A stretch of 64,000 bases of DNA from Squalus acanthias (GCA_030390025.1 CM059432.1:10044001-10108000), one strand, 5' to 3'; numbered from the stretch's first letter, positions 51,891 to 63,868 are shown. The notes: generated by a model not told the origin, from the sequence alone. Numbers and translations are program-made.

Positions 51891-53775
51891 CATAGAGTCA
51901 TCGAGTTATACAGCACAGAAAGAGGCCCTTCGGCCCATCGTGTCTGCGCCGGCCATCAAGCCCTGTCTATTCTAATCCCATTTTCCAGCACTTGGTCTGT
52001 AGCCTTGTATGCTATGGCGTTTCAAGTGCTCATCTAAATGCTTCTTGAATGTTGTGAGGGTTCCTGCCTCTACCACCCTTTCAGGCAGTGAGTTCCAGAT
52101 TCCAACCACCCTCTGGGTGAAAATTTTTTCCTCAAATCCCCTCTAAACCTCCTGCCCCTTAATTGAAACTATGCCCTTGGCAATTGACCCCTCTACTAAG
52201 GGGAAAAGTTCCTTTCTATCTACCCTATCTATGCCCCTCATAATTTTGTACACCTCAATCAGGTCCCCCCTCAGCCTTCTCTGCTCTAAGGAAAACAACC
52301 CCAGCCTGTCCAGTCTCTCTTCATAGCTGAAGCGCTCCAGCCCAGGTAACATCCTGGTGAATCTCCTCTGCACCCTCTCCAATGCAATCACATCCTTCCT
52401 ATAGTGTGGCGACCAGAACTGCACACAGTATTCCAGCTGTGGCCTAACTAGCGTTTTGTACAGCTCCATCATAACCTCCCTGCTCTTATATTCTATGCCT
52501 CGGCTAATGAAGGCAAGTATCCCATATGCCTTTTTAACCACCTTATTTACCTGTCCTGATGCCTTCAGGGATCTATGTACATGCACACCAAGGTCCCTCT
52601 GATCCTCTGTCCTTCCTAGGGTCCTACCATTCATTGTGTATTCCCTTGCCTTGTTAGTCCTTCCAAAAGGCATCACCTCACACTTTTCGTGCTATCCACG
52701 TAACTCTCAGCCTCGTGGATACACCACATTGCCTCCAGCTGATGCTCGAGCTCCGAAAACCGGATCTCAAGTTGGCCAAACCGTTGGCACTTACTGCACG
52801 TGTGGTCATCCTGACTGCAAGAAGTGTCTAGGAATTCCCAGATGTTGCAGGCCGTGCAACGCACGGGACTGAGATCCCCTGTCATACTTTTAATTTAAAA
52901 ACACTTACCTTGAATTTTACCTCTCAGATTCTCGCTCTCCCGAACTACCTTAACTATGAACTACCTTAAAAGAAATAGACTTAAAATTGAAGAAAAAAAA
53001 AGCACTCACCCACTACTCACCAATCAGCTTCTTCCCCTGCGCTGGCATCACTTTGGAACACGTATATCTTTTAATCTACACCAAGGCACTTAAATTTAGA
53101 CACCCAAGTTTGGAAAAAAAACGAGAAATAGAGAAATACTCACCAACCAATCACTTACCTGCTTTCTGGTGACGTCACACTTCGATTACTTTTTACTTCT
53201 TTACACTCTCCGGTCCTTTGTAGCCGCTCTCCTGGGCTCCCGCTGTTTACTGCCGCCGAGGTCTCGCTCTCTCCTGGGCTCCCGCTGCTGTTTACTGCCG
53301 CCGAAGGCTCGCGCTCTCCTGGGCTCCCGCTGTTTTACTGCCGCCGAGGTCTCGCTCTCTCCTGGGCTCCCGCTGCTGTTTACTGCCGCCGAAGGCTCGC
53401 GCTCTCCTGGGCTCCCGCTGTTTTACTGCCGCCGAAGGCTCGCGCTCTCCTGGGCTCCCGCTGCTGTTTACTGCCGCCGAAGTCTCGCGCTCTCCTGGGC
53501 TCCCGTTGTTTACTGCCGCCGAAGGCTCGCGCTCTCCTGGGCTCCCGCTGTTTACTGCCGCCGAAGGCTCGCGCTCTCCTGGGCTCCCGTTGTTTACTGC
53601 CGCCGAAGTCTCGCTCTCTCCTGGGCTCCCGCTGTTTACTGCCGCCGAAGTCTCGCGCTCTCCAGGGCTCCTGGGCTCCCGTTGTTTACTGCCGCCGAAG
53701 TCTCGCTCTCTCCTGGGCTCCCGCTGCTGTTTACTGCCACCGAGGTCTCGCTCTCTCCTGGGCCCCCCTGCTGTT
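51891..53775 (-). mobile_element. CR1 with 5' UTR and ORF1 N-terminus joined to an ORF2 3' end
   Basis: ORF 52885-52673 reads CTACNIW..HTCSKC..LEIRFSELEHQLE (zinc finger/leucine zipper). It abuts KCEVMPFG..RPQLEYCVQFWSP at about 52687, followed by a 3' UTR. Confidence 0.75.
53226..53770. repeat. CpG-rich minisatellite, 42-45 bp x about 12.5
   Basis: Unit CTCTCCTGGGCTCCCGCTG(CTG)TTTACTGCCGCCGAAGGCTCGCG. Confidence 0.95.
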
Positions 53776-54224
53776 TGAGGCCTCGGGCCGCTAAGTGGAC
53801 GCGGAAGATTTTAACCCCTTCCCACGCACCGTTTCCTCCCCCCATCCCCCACCCCCCTCCCAATTCTCAGAAATCGCACATTCCGAAGCGAGAGTTCCCG
53901 ACACTAATTAATGGTTTATTTATTACAGAGAAAAACAGGCAGGATCCCATTTTTTTTCATTAAAAGAGAAATTTTGGGCTTATGACGGTTGGAAACTTAT
54001 GGCAGGGCCTAGCAAATGGTTTGCAGGTTCAGGTGGTGTCTTGTGTTCTACCAACGGGGATTGAGAGGTCAAGTGCTCAAGTGAGTGCAATTTAGTTTAG
54101 ATTTGAATATTTATGAACAAACCTGATGCGCACAGGCAAACTAGCTACAAATTTGCATCAGAATAGAGGAAGTGCGCACATCAAATGGGCCACATCAGCA
54201 ATGCATTAATGAAGCTATTCAATC

Positions 54225-54690
54225 TAACGAAGCTCAACGTAAGCTCGAGGAACAGCACCTCACCTTTCTAGTAAGCACTTTACAGCTTTCTGTTCTTAAC
54301 ATCGAGTTCAACAATTTCAGACTATAAATTGGCCCCTGTATTTCTTTCTATTTTTTTCTCTCTTGTTTCCTCACATGGTAGCTGTTAATGTTGCTGCCGT
54401 CATCATCCACACATCATCTAGAGCCATTTTTTATTTCTTAACTTGTCCCATTACCATCTCCTTTTGCCTCGCGCCATCATCCCTTTTGTCTCTTAATCTC
54501 TCCTGCCTTCCATCCTACCACAGACCTTCCCTTTTGTTCTTTCATCCCCTCCTCCCTGCCCCTGCTTAAAAACCGCTCCTCCCTCACCTTTTCCACTTCT
54601 GACGAAGGGTCATCGACCCGAAACGTTGACCCTGTTTCTCCTCCCCTCGATGCTGCCTGACCTGCTAAGTGTTTCCAGCACTTCCTGTTG
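54225..54690 (+). mobile_element. Penelope-like element: GIY-YIG endonuclease C-terminus and pLTR with hammerhead motif (54594-54633)
   Basis: Translates as NEAQRKLEEQHLTFLVSTLQLSVLNIEFNNFRL*. Contains CTGACGA-A-GGGTC ATC GACCC-GAAA-CG-TT. Confidence 0.82.
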
Positions 54691-54967
54691 GTGTTTAATC
54701 TGCTGCTTGGTCCAATCTTTTGCAACAAAAAAAAATTCATTTAAAAAAAAATACCAGAATAACCCAATGCATCGACCTCGCTGAAAAGGAGGAAGCTGAG
54801 ACATTTCACACACAACTTGAAAAATCATCAATTAAACAAAACCGTGGATAGACCCTACGGTAGTGAGGTTAGCCTCATATATAAGCAGAACAGCAGGGAA
54901 AGATGAATGCTTAAAAGGCAGAATAAGATTCCAGAAGCAAACATATAAGCAATAAATATATATATAT

Positions 54968-55933
54968 GGATATATCAATGATTTAGACTTCAATGTAGGG
55001 CAATGTAGAGGTAAAAAGTTTGCAGATGATACAAAAATTGGCCGTGTGGTTAATAGTGAGGAAGAAAGCTGTAGACTGCAGGAAGATATCAATGGACTGG
55101 TCAGCTGGGCAGAAAAGTGGCAAATGGAATTCAATCGGGAGAAGTGTGAGGTAATGCATTTGGAAGGGCTAACAAGGCAAGGGAATACACTATAAATGGT
55201 AGGACACTGAAAAGTGCAGAAGATCAGAGGGACCTTGGAGCACATGTCCACAGATTCCTGAAGTTAGCAGGACAGGTAGATAAGGTGGTTAAGAAGGCAT
55301 ACGGGATACTTGCCTTTATTAGCCGTGGCATAGAATATAAGAGCAGGGAGGTTATGCTTGAACTGTATAAAACACTAGTTAGACCTCAGCTAGAGTACTG
55401 CCTACAGTTCTGGTCACCACACTACAGGAAGGATATGATTGCTCTAGAGAGGGTACAGAGGAGATTTACGGGGATGTTGCCAGGACTGGAGAATTTTAGC
55501 TATGAGGAAAGATTGGATAGGCTGGGGTTGGTTTCTTTGGAACAGAGGAGGCTGAGGGGAGACCTAATTGAGGTGTATAAAATTATGCGGGGCCTAGATA
55601 GAGTGGATAGGAAGGATCTATTTCCCTTAGCAGAGAGGTCAATAACTAGGTATAGATTTAAAGTAATTGGTAGAAGGATTAGAGGGGAGTTGAGAACTTT
55701 TTTCACCCAGAGGGTGGTGGGGGTCTGGAACTCACTGCCTGAAAGGGTGGTAGAGGCAGAAACCCTCAACGCATTTAAAAAGTACTTGGATATGCACTTG
55801 AAGTGCCGTAACCTCCAGGGCTACGGACCAAGAGCTGGAAAGTGGGATTAAGCTGGATTGCTCTTTGTCGCCCGGCACAGACACGATGGGCCAAATGGCC
55901 TCCTTCTGTGTTGCAAATTTCTATGATTCTATG
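54968..55933 (+). mobile_element. CR1 3' fragment
   Basis: YINDLD..KFADDTK, ORF 55285-55851, and tail TTCTATGATTCTATG. Confidence 0.93.
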
Positions 55934-56355
55934 GAACCTTATGAAAATCAGAGATTCTTTTTACCAACTATAAAGTACAGAAAATGGAGCGAAACATTCA
56001 AAATCCTCTGCCCACAAAACGCTCATGAAATCATAAATTGATACGATAGTCCAGAGTTAAAGTAAGCTCACCATTCACAACAGCACAGCCTGAAGTCAGA
56101 ATATCCTTTGATTATCAAAGGCCAAAACCTGGCAAGTGTTTATCAAATAGCTCCAATCTTCCTTTATTTCTTCCACTCCAAGGTCACATTCTTACTCCTG
56201 GTCATGAAGTTGTCCACGCAGCAGAATTTGTATCCTGAAAAATGCCATGTTCCCGAATATTTCCACTTTACATCCAACTAAAACCTCACGGTGTTTCCAT
56301 CAAGCAAAGGCTGAATGAACAGATAGAAATTGAAACTTATTCCACCCGTATTACG

Positions 56356-56980
56356 CCCCTGGAAACTGGGCGCAACGAGGCCCGATGTCGCGCACCAACA
56401 TCCTGTAAAAGGTCCGACCCGAATTTGGGTCGAGGCATTTTTCAGGCGTCCTTCTCAACCGCCTTTCGCAGATGTCACGCCCCTTTCATGTGTAAATTAT
56501 GGGCCTAACGTTGGTTTCAGGCCCCCTCTGCCAAATTGGTCAGCAATGAGCAGGGCAGGCTCAGGAACCTTCAGCAACCTCTGCGACCCAAGCAGTTCCC
56601 GTCAATATAAGGTAAGCATTGTCTGTAAATGATTTTAAAAACTGTTCCCGTGGCGAACTTCTCTGCTCCATAGCTCTCCTGAGGACCAAGATCAGCCCCC
56701 TCCCGTTCCCCTTCCATTCCCCTACCCCACCCCCCAGGGCTGCTGCTGCCTGCCCAAAATTGGCCCCCCTTCCCATTCTCCTCCCGTCCCCCCACCTCGA
56801 GCAGCAAGACAGACAGCCCGAAATTCTCTTCTCCAGTCTGGCAAGCTGCCTGTGGAGAGGCGACTCTGAAACCCGAGGATCAATTTATCGTGATCCTTGG
56901 GCCTCCGCATTCGGGCGCAGGAGTCGTTCCCTGTGGATCCCAATGCTGCCTAAAAGCTGGCCTAAACAAATTTCAAGGCC
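56356..56980. mobile_element. Possible old Harbinger-type MITE
   Basis: GC-rich block bounded by degenerate GCCCCTGGAAACT / AAATTTCAAGGCC. No clear TSD. Confidence 0.35.
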
Positions 56981-57010
56981 ACAGTACCTAAACCAGCACC
57001 AACAAAATTA

Positions 57011-57893
57011 GGGGGGAAAATTCAGTATCGCCCCGTTTGGGGCGCAATTATCGGCCGGGCGCAAAGTTTAGCGCCTGGCACTAATTATCGCCACCGACTG
57101 CAAACTTGGCTTTTATCGCCCCTGGAGGTGATTGGAGCGTTAAATCAGGCGCTACACATCTGTCTTAAGGCGCAAAGGCCGAGGAGCGAGGCGCTAACTC
57201 AGAGCGCTGGCGAAGCTCATGTGATGTCAGTCAGCAATGGAACACACACACAATGGCGCCGGCCAGTTCTTAAAGGGGAGGGTTGATCTTGCTTTCCATC
57301 CACATCCTGCTCATTGCAGCCTTGAATCTCAGCCTGGAGAGACCTGTACATCAAATCTGCTGGAAAGAACAATGGAGAGGCCCAGGGAAAGAGCTCAGAG
57401 TGCAACCCCCACAGTCTCTTCTAAATCGATGCAAGGAAGGGCAAATCAAAATGAACCTGCAAAGTGCTGCTCAGTACCCAAAACTCCTTCACACAGCGTT
57501 GAATCTCCCCAGAAGTCTCTCTCTCTCTCTCTCTCAGAATACGTGGTGCAAAAAGGTCATCAACAAAAAAAGGCAGGAAGCGGTCGCCTTTAAATAGCGC
57601 TCCCCCAGTCCCTTCCTGACTGCAAAACGCTCCCCTCAACCTGTCGTTGCTAGCGGCAGGCGGTAAGGCAGGGGGCGCCACTCAATATCTGCTCCGGGGC
57701 GCTACCGGGGCGTTGCACACTCGACTGACATAACGATCTGCCGGCGCAGGAGATTGTGGCAGTAGTGTTTAGCGCCACTGCAAAATGTCTGGTCAATTTC
57801 ACGAGAGGTGCAGATATCGCCGCGCCCGGGCGCTAGTTGCTTTGCGCCCCATTAACGCCCTCTTAAGATGCTAACCAACTGAATTTTCCCCCC
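57011..57893. mobile_element. Non-autonomous PIF/Harbinger element (883 bp)
   Basis: 16-bp perfect TIRs GGGGGGAAAATTCAGT / ACTGAATTTTCCCCCC. TTA TSD on both sides. Repeated subterminal GGCGC/AGCGC motifs. Confidence 0.92.
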
Positions 57894-57998
57894 TTAAAGT
57901 TTAAACTGTGCGTTTGTGGATAGTCCAAGTCGCTGCTATATAGCCTTTTGCTACTTTCATATCCTCCATTCTCTTTACTTCCATACATTTTATTGAAG

Positions 57999-58080
57999 CA
58001 TAGAAGTATAGAAGATAGGAGCAGGAGTAGGCCATTCGGCCCCTCGAGCCTGCTCCGCCATTTAATGAGATCATGGCTGA
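57999..58080 (-). mobile_element. CR1 3' UTR fragment
   Basis: Reverse of TCAGCCATGATCTC..GGAGCAGGCTCGAGGGGCCGAATGGCCTACTCCTGCTCC. Confidence 0.88.
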
Positions 58081-58189
58081 ATTATTATAATATCAATTAG
58101 TGTTCAGTGGCGAGTAGAGACTAAATTAATTGAGGACTTCAGATGATATCATGTCCTGCAACAGCCTCAACAAAATCACTTTTATTAAA

Positions 58190-58672
58190 CTTCGTTCCTG
58201 GGATGTGGGCGTCGCTGGCAAGGCCAGCATTTATTGCCCATCCCTAATTGCCCTCGAGAAGGTGGCGGCGAGCAGCCTTCTTGAACCACTGCAGTCCGTG
58301 TGGTGAGGGTACTCCCACAGTGCTGTTAGGGAGTTATACTTTGTCGTAGCGGTTTGGTACGGCTTGCTAGGCCATTTCAGAGGGCAGTTAGGAGTCAACC
58401 ACATTGCTGTGGGTCTGGAGTCACATATCGGCCAGACCGGGTAAGGACGGCAGATTTCCTTCCCCTAAAGGGCATTAGTGAACCAGATGGGTTTTTACGA
58501 CAATCCGGTAGTTTCATGAATCACCATTACTAATATTAGCTTTCTATTCCAGATTTATTTAATTAACTGAATTTAAATTCCCCAAGCTGCCGTGGTGGGA
58601 TTTGAACTCATGATCAGGCCTCTGTCCAGTAACATAACCACTACGTCCAGTGACATAACCACTATGCTTCCG
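58190..58672 (-). mobile_element. Second copy of the tRNA-derived SINE with LINE-derived tail
   Basis: Colinear with 21512-21991. Small tandem duplication GTCCAGT(A/G)ACATAACCACTA in the head. Confidence 0.8.
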
Positions 58673-59035
58673 TGGGGCCGGGCGGCTTGAGCAGCGGCTG
58701 CGCGTCCCGGGGGTAAAGAGCCCGGCTCACTGCTCCTGGGCAGCCTGGAGCAGCCGATGCTGGGAGAGCGCTGTCCCCGCCTGGCCCCGTCCCTGTCCCT
58801 GTCCCCAGGGCCCTGAGACACATCCCCCGCCCGGTGGCACAAGCAGATTGAATGTGAGGTCAATGGGATTACAATCCCCTCCCCACATCGGGGAGACCCA
58901 ACCCCCAAATTGGGCGGTCGCTCTGCCGGACACCTCCCTTCAGTCCGCCAGCCCGACCCCGAGCTTCTGCTCGCTTGTCCTTTGAATTCTCCATCTCACT
59001 CCCGCTCTGAACTCTCTGTCCTCGGCTTCCGACAC

Positions 59036-59180
59036 TAAGGCTAAGGGGTTCAAGGGATATGGGGAGAATGCAGGGACAGGGTACTGACTTTGGATGATCA
59101 GCCATGATCGCATCGAATGGCGGAGCAGGCTCGAGGGGCCGAATGGCCTACTCCTGCTCCTATCTTCTATGTTTCTATGT
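59036..59180 (+). mobile_element. CR1 3' end fragment
   Basis: Near-identical to the CR1 A end at 15586-15727. Confidence 0.9.
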
Positions 59181-59740
59181 TCCCGCAAGAGATCTTTTTG
59201 TGGCCTTAAAATAACAGGCCACGCCCACACAGCTGCAGTTTACCGGCAGAGCAAAGCATTATGGTGCAACACTTGTCATTATAAAACAATGTATCTTCAG
59301 CTCAACTTACTGCGAGAGACACCACAGAAGAGCTGCCAGTCTAGTATAAAAAATGGGTTACCTCTGCCTTTAATCTCTGCTCATTTTTTATTTGATGATG
59401 TTCTTTAAATATTAATACATGTCAAACGAAATTAAAGACTCTTTTTACAATGTGAATGCTTCAGAAAATTTTATACAGAGCCTAGTTTGTCCAACCACCT
59501 GTCATCACTCCATTACAAGCTCTAATTTTAGCTATTTCTGGGAAAATGACAAATTCCCTTTAGCTCCATTACCACCTCGTCTGTGAAGGTTTGTTGAAGG
59601 CAAATCTATATTTTCTCAAGATGTCCTTAATCCTTTCATTATCTTCAGCTAACAGTGACAACAACCCCGGGATCTCTCTCCAATAGTGACTTCCTTTTTT
59701 ATATATTGATCAAAAAACAGGGCAACAGGACACACTAGGA

Positions 59741-60008
59741 CAACTTGCATTTATCCAGCACCTTTAACGTAGTAAAATGTCCCAAGGCACCTCACAGGAG
59801 CGATTATCAAACAAAATTTGACACCGAGCCACTTAAGGAGATATTAGGACAGGTGACAAAGAGATAGGTTATAAGGAGCGTCTTAAAGGAGGAAAGTGAG
59901 GGGGAGAGGTTTAGGGAGGGAATTCCAGAGCTTCGGGCCTTGGCAGCTGAAGGCATGGCCACCAATGGTTCAGCGTTTAAAATCGGGAGGCTCAAGGGGG
60001 CAGAATTC
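59741..60008 (-). mobile_element. L2 3' fragment
   Basis: Colinear with 19045-19340. Confidence 0.85.
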
Positions 60009-60099
60009 AAGTACTGTACTTGGGAATGCCCGTTAAAAATGAGGACGTTTCGGATCTAAAAGGGAAGACACGGAGAATTCTTTCACCCAAAGGGCAAAA

Positions 60100-60224
60100 G
60101 TGCTTTGCAGTCAATTAAGTACTTATGTTTTCAAAGGGTCGTCACATTTGTAATGTGGGAAACGCAGCAGCCAAATTGTGCACAGCAAGCTCCCACATAC
60201 AGCAACATGATAATGACCAGAGAA
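60100..60224 (-). mobile_element. DeuSINE fragment
   Basis: Matches 4630-4752 (GCAGCCAA.TTG.CACAGCAAGCTCCCACA..GATAATGACCAGA). Confidence 0.7.
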
Positions 60225-60334
60225 TCGGAACTGGTTGAAGTGTTTAAAATAAGAGAATTATCAGGCAGTGACTCTTGCTTCTAACAGGGGATTTCCTTTA
60301 GTGTGGGAATCCAGAACAAGGGGACATACACTTA

Positions 60335-60835
60335 GGGGGAGAAATTCATTAGAGCCCCGTTTGGGGCACTAAATTTTAAAAGTTGAGAAAATTAGCGCCA
60401 GGCGCTAATGTTTCTAAACTTTTAAAAAATGTGGTTTTGCACTCCAGGAAGGAAGTGGGGCATTAAATCAAGCGCTAAATCAAGCGCTCCACTTCCTTCT
60501 TGGAACGCAATCGGCAGCAGGCGGGGCGGAGACTTCAGCAGCGCTGCACACTGGGCCGTGCAGCGCCGCCGCTTTCAAAGGCTCCTTCCCTGCAGGGGGC
60601 GGAAGTCAATTTCGGGTCAGGGGCACGACCGGGGCGATGCGCACAGTGGTGACGTCACGATCTCCGGGCGAAGGAGATCAGGGCGCAATGCCGTAGCGCC
60701 GCCGCAAAACTCCTGCCACAATATGGCGGGAGTGGATGTCAGCGCCGCGTCCGGTCACAAAGCCATTTGCGGCCCGTTAGCGCGCCCCCCCCGGGGGTGC
60801 TAACGGGAGGCGCAAAGGCACCCAATTTCACCCCC
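60335..60835. mobile_element. PIF/Harbinger MITE (501 bp) inserted in an old CR1 remnant (about 60230-61075)
   Basis: TIRs GGGGGAGAAATT / AATTTCACCCCC and TTA TSD. Subterminal GCCCCGTTTGGGGC is shared with 57011-57893. The host reads ESRTRGHTL|RI. Confidence 0.88.
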
Positions 60836-61519
60836 TTAGAATTCAAAACAAGTCAGATAATAATGTCTTCATACCAAGGGTTGTGAGAGTTTTGATTGCA
60901 CATCCCAGGACGCCATAGTTACAGAATACCTTCAGGTGTTAAGAGGGAAGTAGGTACATACTTGGCAAGCAAGAGATAAGAAGAAAGGGCATGGAACTGG
61001 GACTTTAAAAACGAACATGGCTAACAAAGTGGCGGTGTAGGCCTAATGGGCCAGATGTCCTGCTGCTATTCCTAGAGTAAGGGATGGGATGAGGAGGCAG
61101 GTAGATGGGGTTAGTCTACGAAGGAGGATGAGTTTCCTGAATCAAGTGGCCTTTCCCATCCTTTTAATAATAACACTTACATCATTATATGCAATTCTAA
61201 AATTGTGAAACTAGGAATCAAGAGAACATGGCCACTGCAAAAATGTATTCTCACCTTTAATATCTACTCATTTAAGATTCTGATGATGACTAATAGCAGT
61301 AATAATGTTAGACATCAGTTTGGCGTGTGGTGAGCATGATAAAGGTGATTTTATAATTCATCATAATCCCAATTCTGTTCTGCCGAGCTCATTTTATCCT
61401 GCACACGTTTTCATTTACCTAGAGACAGCAATCATTGTTGATCTGCAACACAGAATCAAACAAACCTAAACGTTTTTAATCTTAGTGATACCATACTGTT
61501 CTCTTATTAGACTTCATTT

Positions 61520-61702
61520 CATAGAATAATACAGACCAGAAGGAGGCCAATCAGCACATTCTGCCTGTGCCGGCTCTTTGAAAGAGCTATCCAATTAGTC
61601 CCACTCCCCCGCTCTTTCCCCATGGTCCTGCTAATTTTTCCTTTTCAAGTATTTATCCAAGTCCCTTTTGAAAGTTACTATTGAATCTGTTTCCACCGGC
61701 CT

Positions 61703-61736
<34 letters not shown>

Positions 61737-62003
61737 TAGATAGTCACTGATAAATCCAACAGGGAATTCAGAAGAAACTTCTTTACCCAGAGAGCGGTGA
61801 GAATGTGGAACTCGCTCCCACAGGGAGTGGTTGAGCGAATAGCACAGATGCATTTAAGGGGAAGCTGGATAAACACATGAGGGAGGAAGGAATAGAAGGA
61901 TCTGTTGATGGGGTTGGTGAAGTAGGGTGGGAGGAGGCTCGTGTGGAGCATAAACACCGGCATAGATCTAATGGGCCGAATGGCCTGTTTCTGTGCTGTA
62001 AAT
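61520..62003. mobile_element. Two divergent CR1 3' fragments separated by (TA)n(GA)n
   Basis: Minus fragment at 61520-61700 resembles 23144-23330. Plus fragment at 61740-62003 reads RNFFTQRAVRMWNSLP. Confidence 0.8.
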
Positions 62004-62237
62004 ACCTTGTAATACTTTTTAATGCTTTGTTAGATTTTGGCCATCAATATCTGCCATTGATTACTGCTGGGCGAAACAGGACCACACTGAATAAAACCAT
62101 CTATTAAGTTTAATGTTATATAGTTTGCCCTGAAGTGATTTTAGCTCATGATTATTACATTATGTGAACTCCTGGGTTGCGATTACCATCTTGTAATCAT
62201 TCTCAGGTATGTATTATTTTCTCCAGGAATCTGACCG

Positions 62238-62299
62238 CAAGCGCCTTGGGACGTTTTACTATGCTAAAGGCGCTATATAAATGCCAGTTGCTGTTGTTG
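62238..62299 (+). mobile_element. L2-type 3' tail
   Basis: GCGCCTTGGGACGTTTTACTATGCTAAAGGCGCTATATAAATGCCAGTTGCTGTTGTTG. Confidence 0.75.
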
Positions 62300-63199
62300 G
62301 ATTTGAGAACATAACAAAATGTACAAGGAGCAAAGCTCATCCAGCCCTTCTTATAGTGTCGTCAATTGGGAGCAACTCCTACGTTTGAAAATGAAATGTA
62401 ACGATGCCACGATCTCGCTATCATGGTGGCTCTGGCAGCTTTACTGGTATTTTTAATTATTATTTAAGTACATCATGAGAGACGGGAGCTGTGGGGAGTA
62501 GTATTTTCTGTGTAAAGTAATTACCTCAGCCATTAGATCTTCTACATCTTTATATTTAAGTGCCTTCGTTCATTTCAGGGAAAAAAAAACTGATTGAGAA
62601 GGCTCCCCTGCAAATATCTGCTAACAGGTCAAACAGCATTTCATTTTTAATACAGTTCCCTCAGCAAGCTGATACTAAATGTAAATAACATCTACAAAAT
62701 CAAATAATAGAATCATTAGTAGATTAAGTATTAAACACCTCATATTAAAAACATTTATAAGTAATTCTATCCTTACGTTCTAGGTTTTGCAAATAATTTA
62801 GAATTATTATTGATTTCTGAAATCCATTTGTTAAGTAAGATTTGTGTTTCACACTATAGTCTTCGTGTTATGCTTTGTATAATGCATTTTAAAAATGAGT
62901 TGGAATTCTGCAATTTCATCAGAAAAATAAAGCGATAAAGAATGTAGCAGCCGAGGCCTTCAGCTTCTTTGCATTCTTGGGAGTTAAAGTTTGATCTGGT
63001 TTGTGTTATCATAGCACTCATGCTTCCGCTAGCGATGGAGACCAGAACTAGGGGCCATCAATATAAGATATAGTCACCAATAAATCCAACAGGGGATTCA
63101 GGAGAGACTTCTTTCCCCAGAAAGTGGTGAGAATGTGGAACTCGCTACCACAGGGAGTGGTTGAGGTGAATAGCACAGATTCATTTAAGGGGAAGCTGT

Positions 63200-63841
63200 A
63201 TTTTTTTTATTCGTTCCTGGGATGTGGGCGTCTCTGTCAAGGCCAGCATTTATTGCCCATCGCTAATTTCCCTTGAGAAGGTGGTGGTGAGCCACCTTCT
63301 TGAACCGCTGCAGTCCGTGTGGTGAAGGTGCTCCCACAGCGCTGTTAGGGAGGGAGTTCCAGGATTTTGACCCAGCGACGATGAATGAACGGCCAATATA
63401 CTTCTAAGTCAGGATGGTGTGTGATGTGGAGGGGAACTTGGAGGTGGTGATGTTCCCATGCACCTGCTGCCCTTGTCCTTCTAGGTGGCAGAGGTCGCGG
63501 GTTTGGGAGGTGCTGCCGAAGAAGCCTTGGCGAGTTGCTGCAGTGCATCTCGTAGATGGTACACACTGCAGCCACGGTGCGCCGGTGATGGAGGGAGTGA
63601 ATGTTTAAGGTGGTGGATGGGGTGCCAATCAAGCGGGCTGCTTTGTCCTGGATGGTGTCGAGCTTCTTGAGTGTTGTTGGAGCTGCACTCATCCAGGCAA
63701 GTGGAGAGTATTCCATCACACTCCTTACTTGTGCCTTGTAGATGGTGGAAAGGCTTTGGGGAGTCAGGAGGTGAGACACTCACCGCAGAATACCTAGCCT
63801 CTGACCTGCTCTTGTTGCCACAATATTTATATGGCTGGCCC
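63200..63841 (-). mobile_element. Poly(A)-tailed CR1/L2-superclade LINE 3' end, inserted in a CR1 fragment (63035-63198, resuming 63841-63869)
   Basis: ORF 63345-63779 reads LTPQSLSTIYKAQVRSVMEYSPLAW. Same family as 8946-16499. The host matches 61740-61900. Confidence 0.88.
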
Positions 63842-63868
63842 ACATGAGGGAGAGAAGGAATAGAAGGA

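Noticed and set aside
53169..53963. 264-aa repetitive ORF
   Set aside because: It is a translation of the 42-45 bp minisatellite with internal frame switches.
56071..56235. Minus-strand exon bounded by TTTTTCAG and GTGAG
   Set aside because: Stop codons occur in all three frames.
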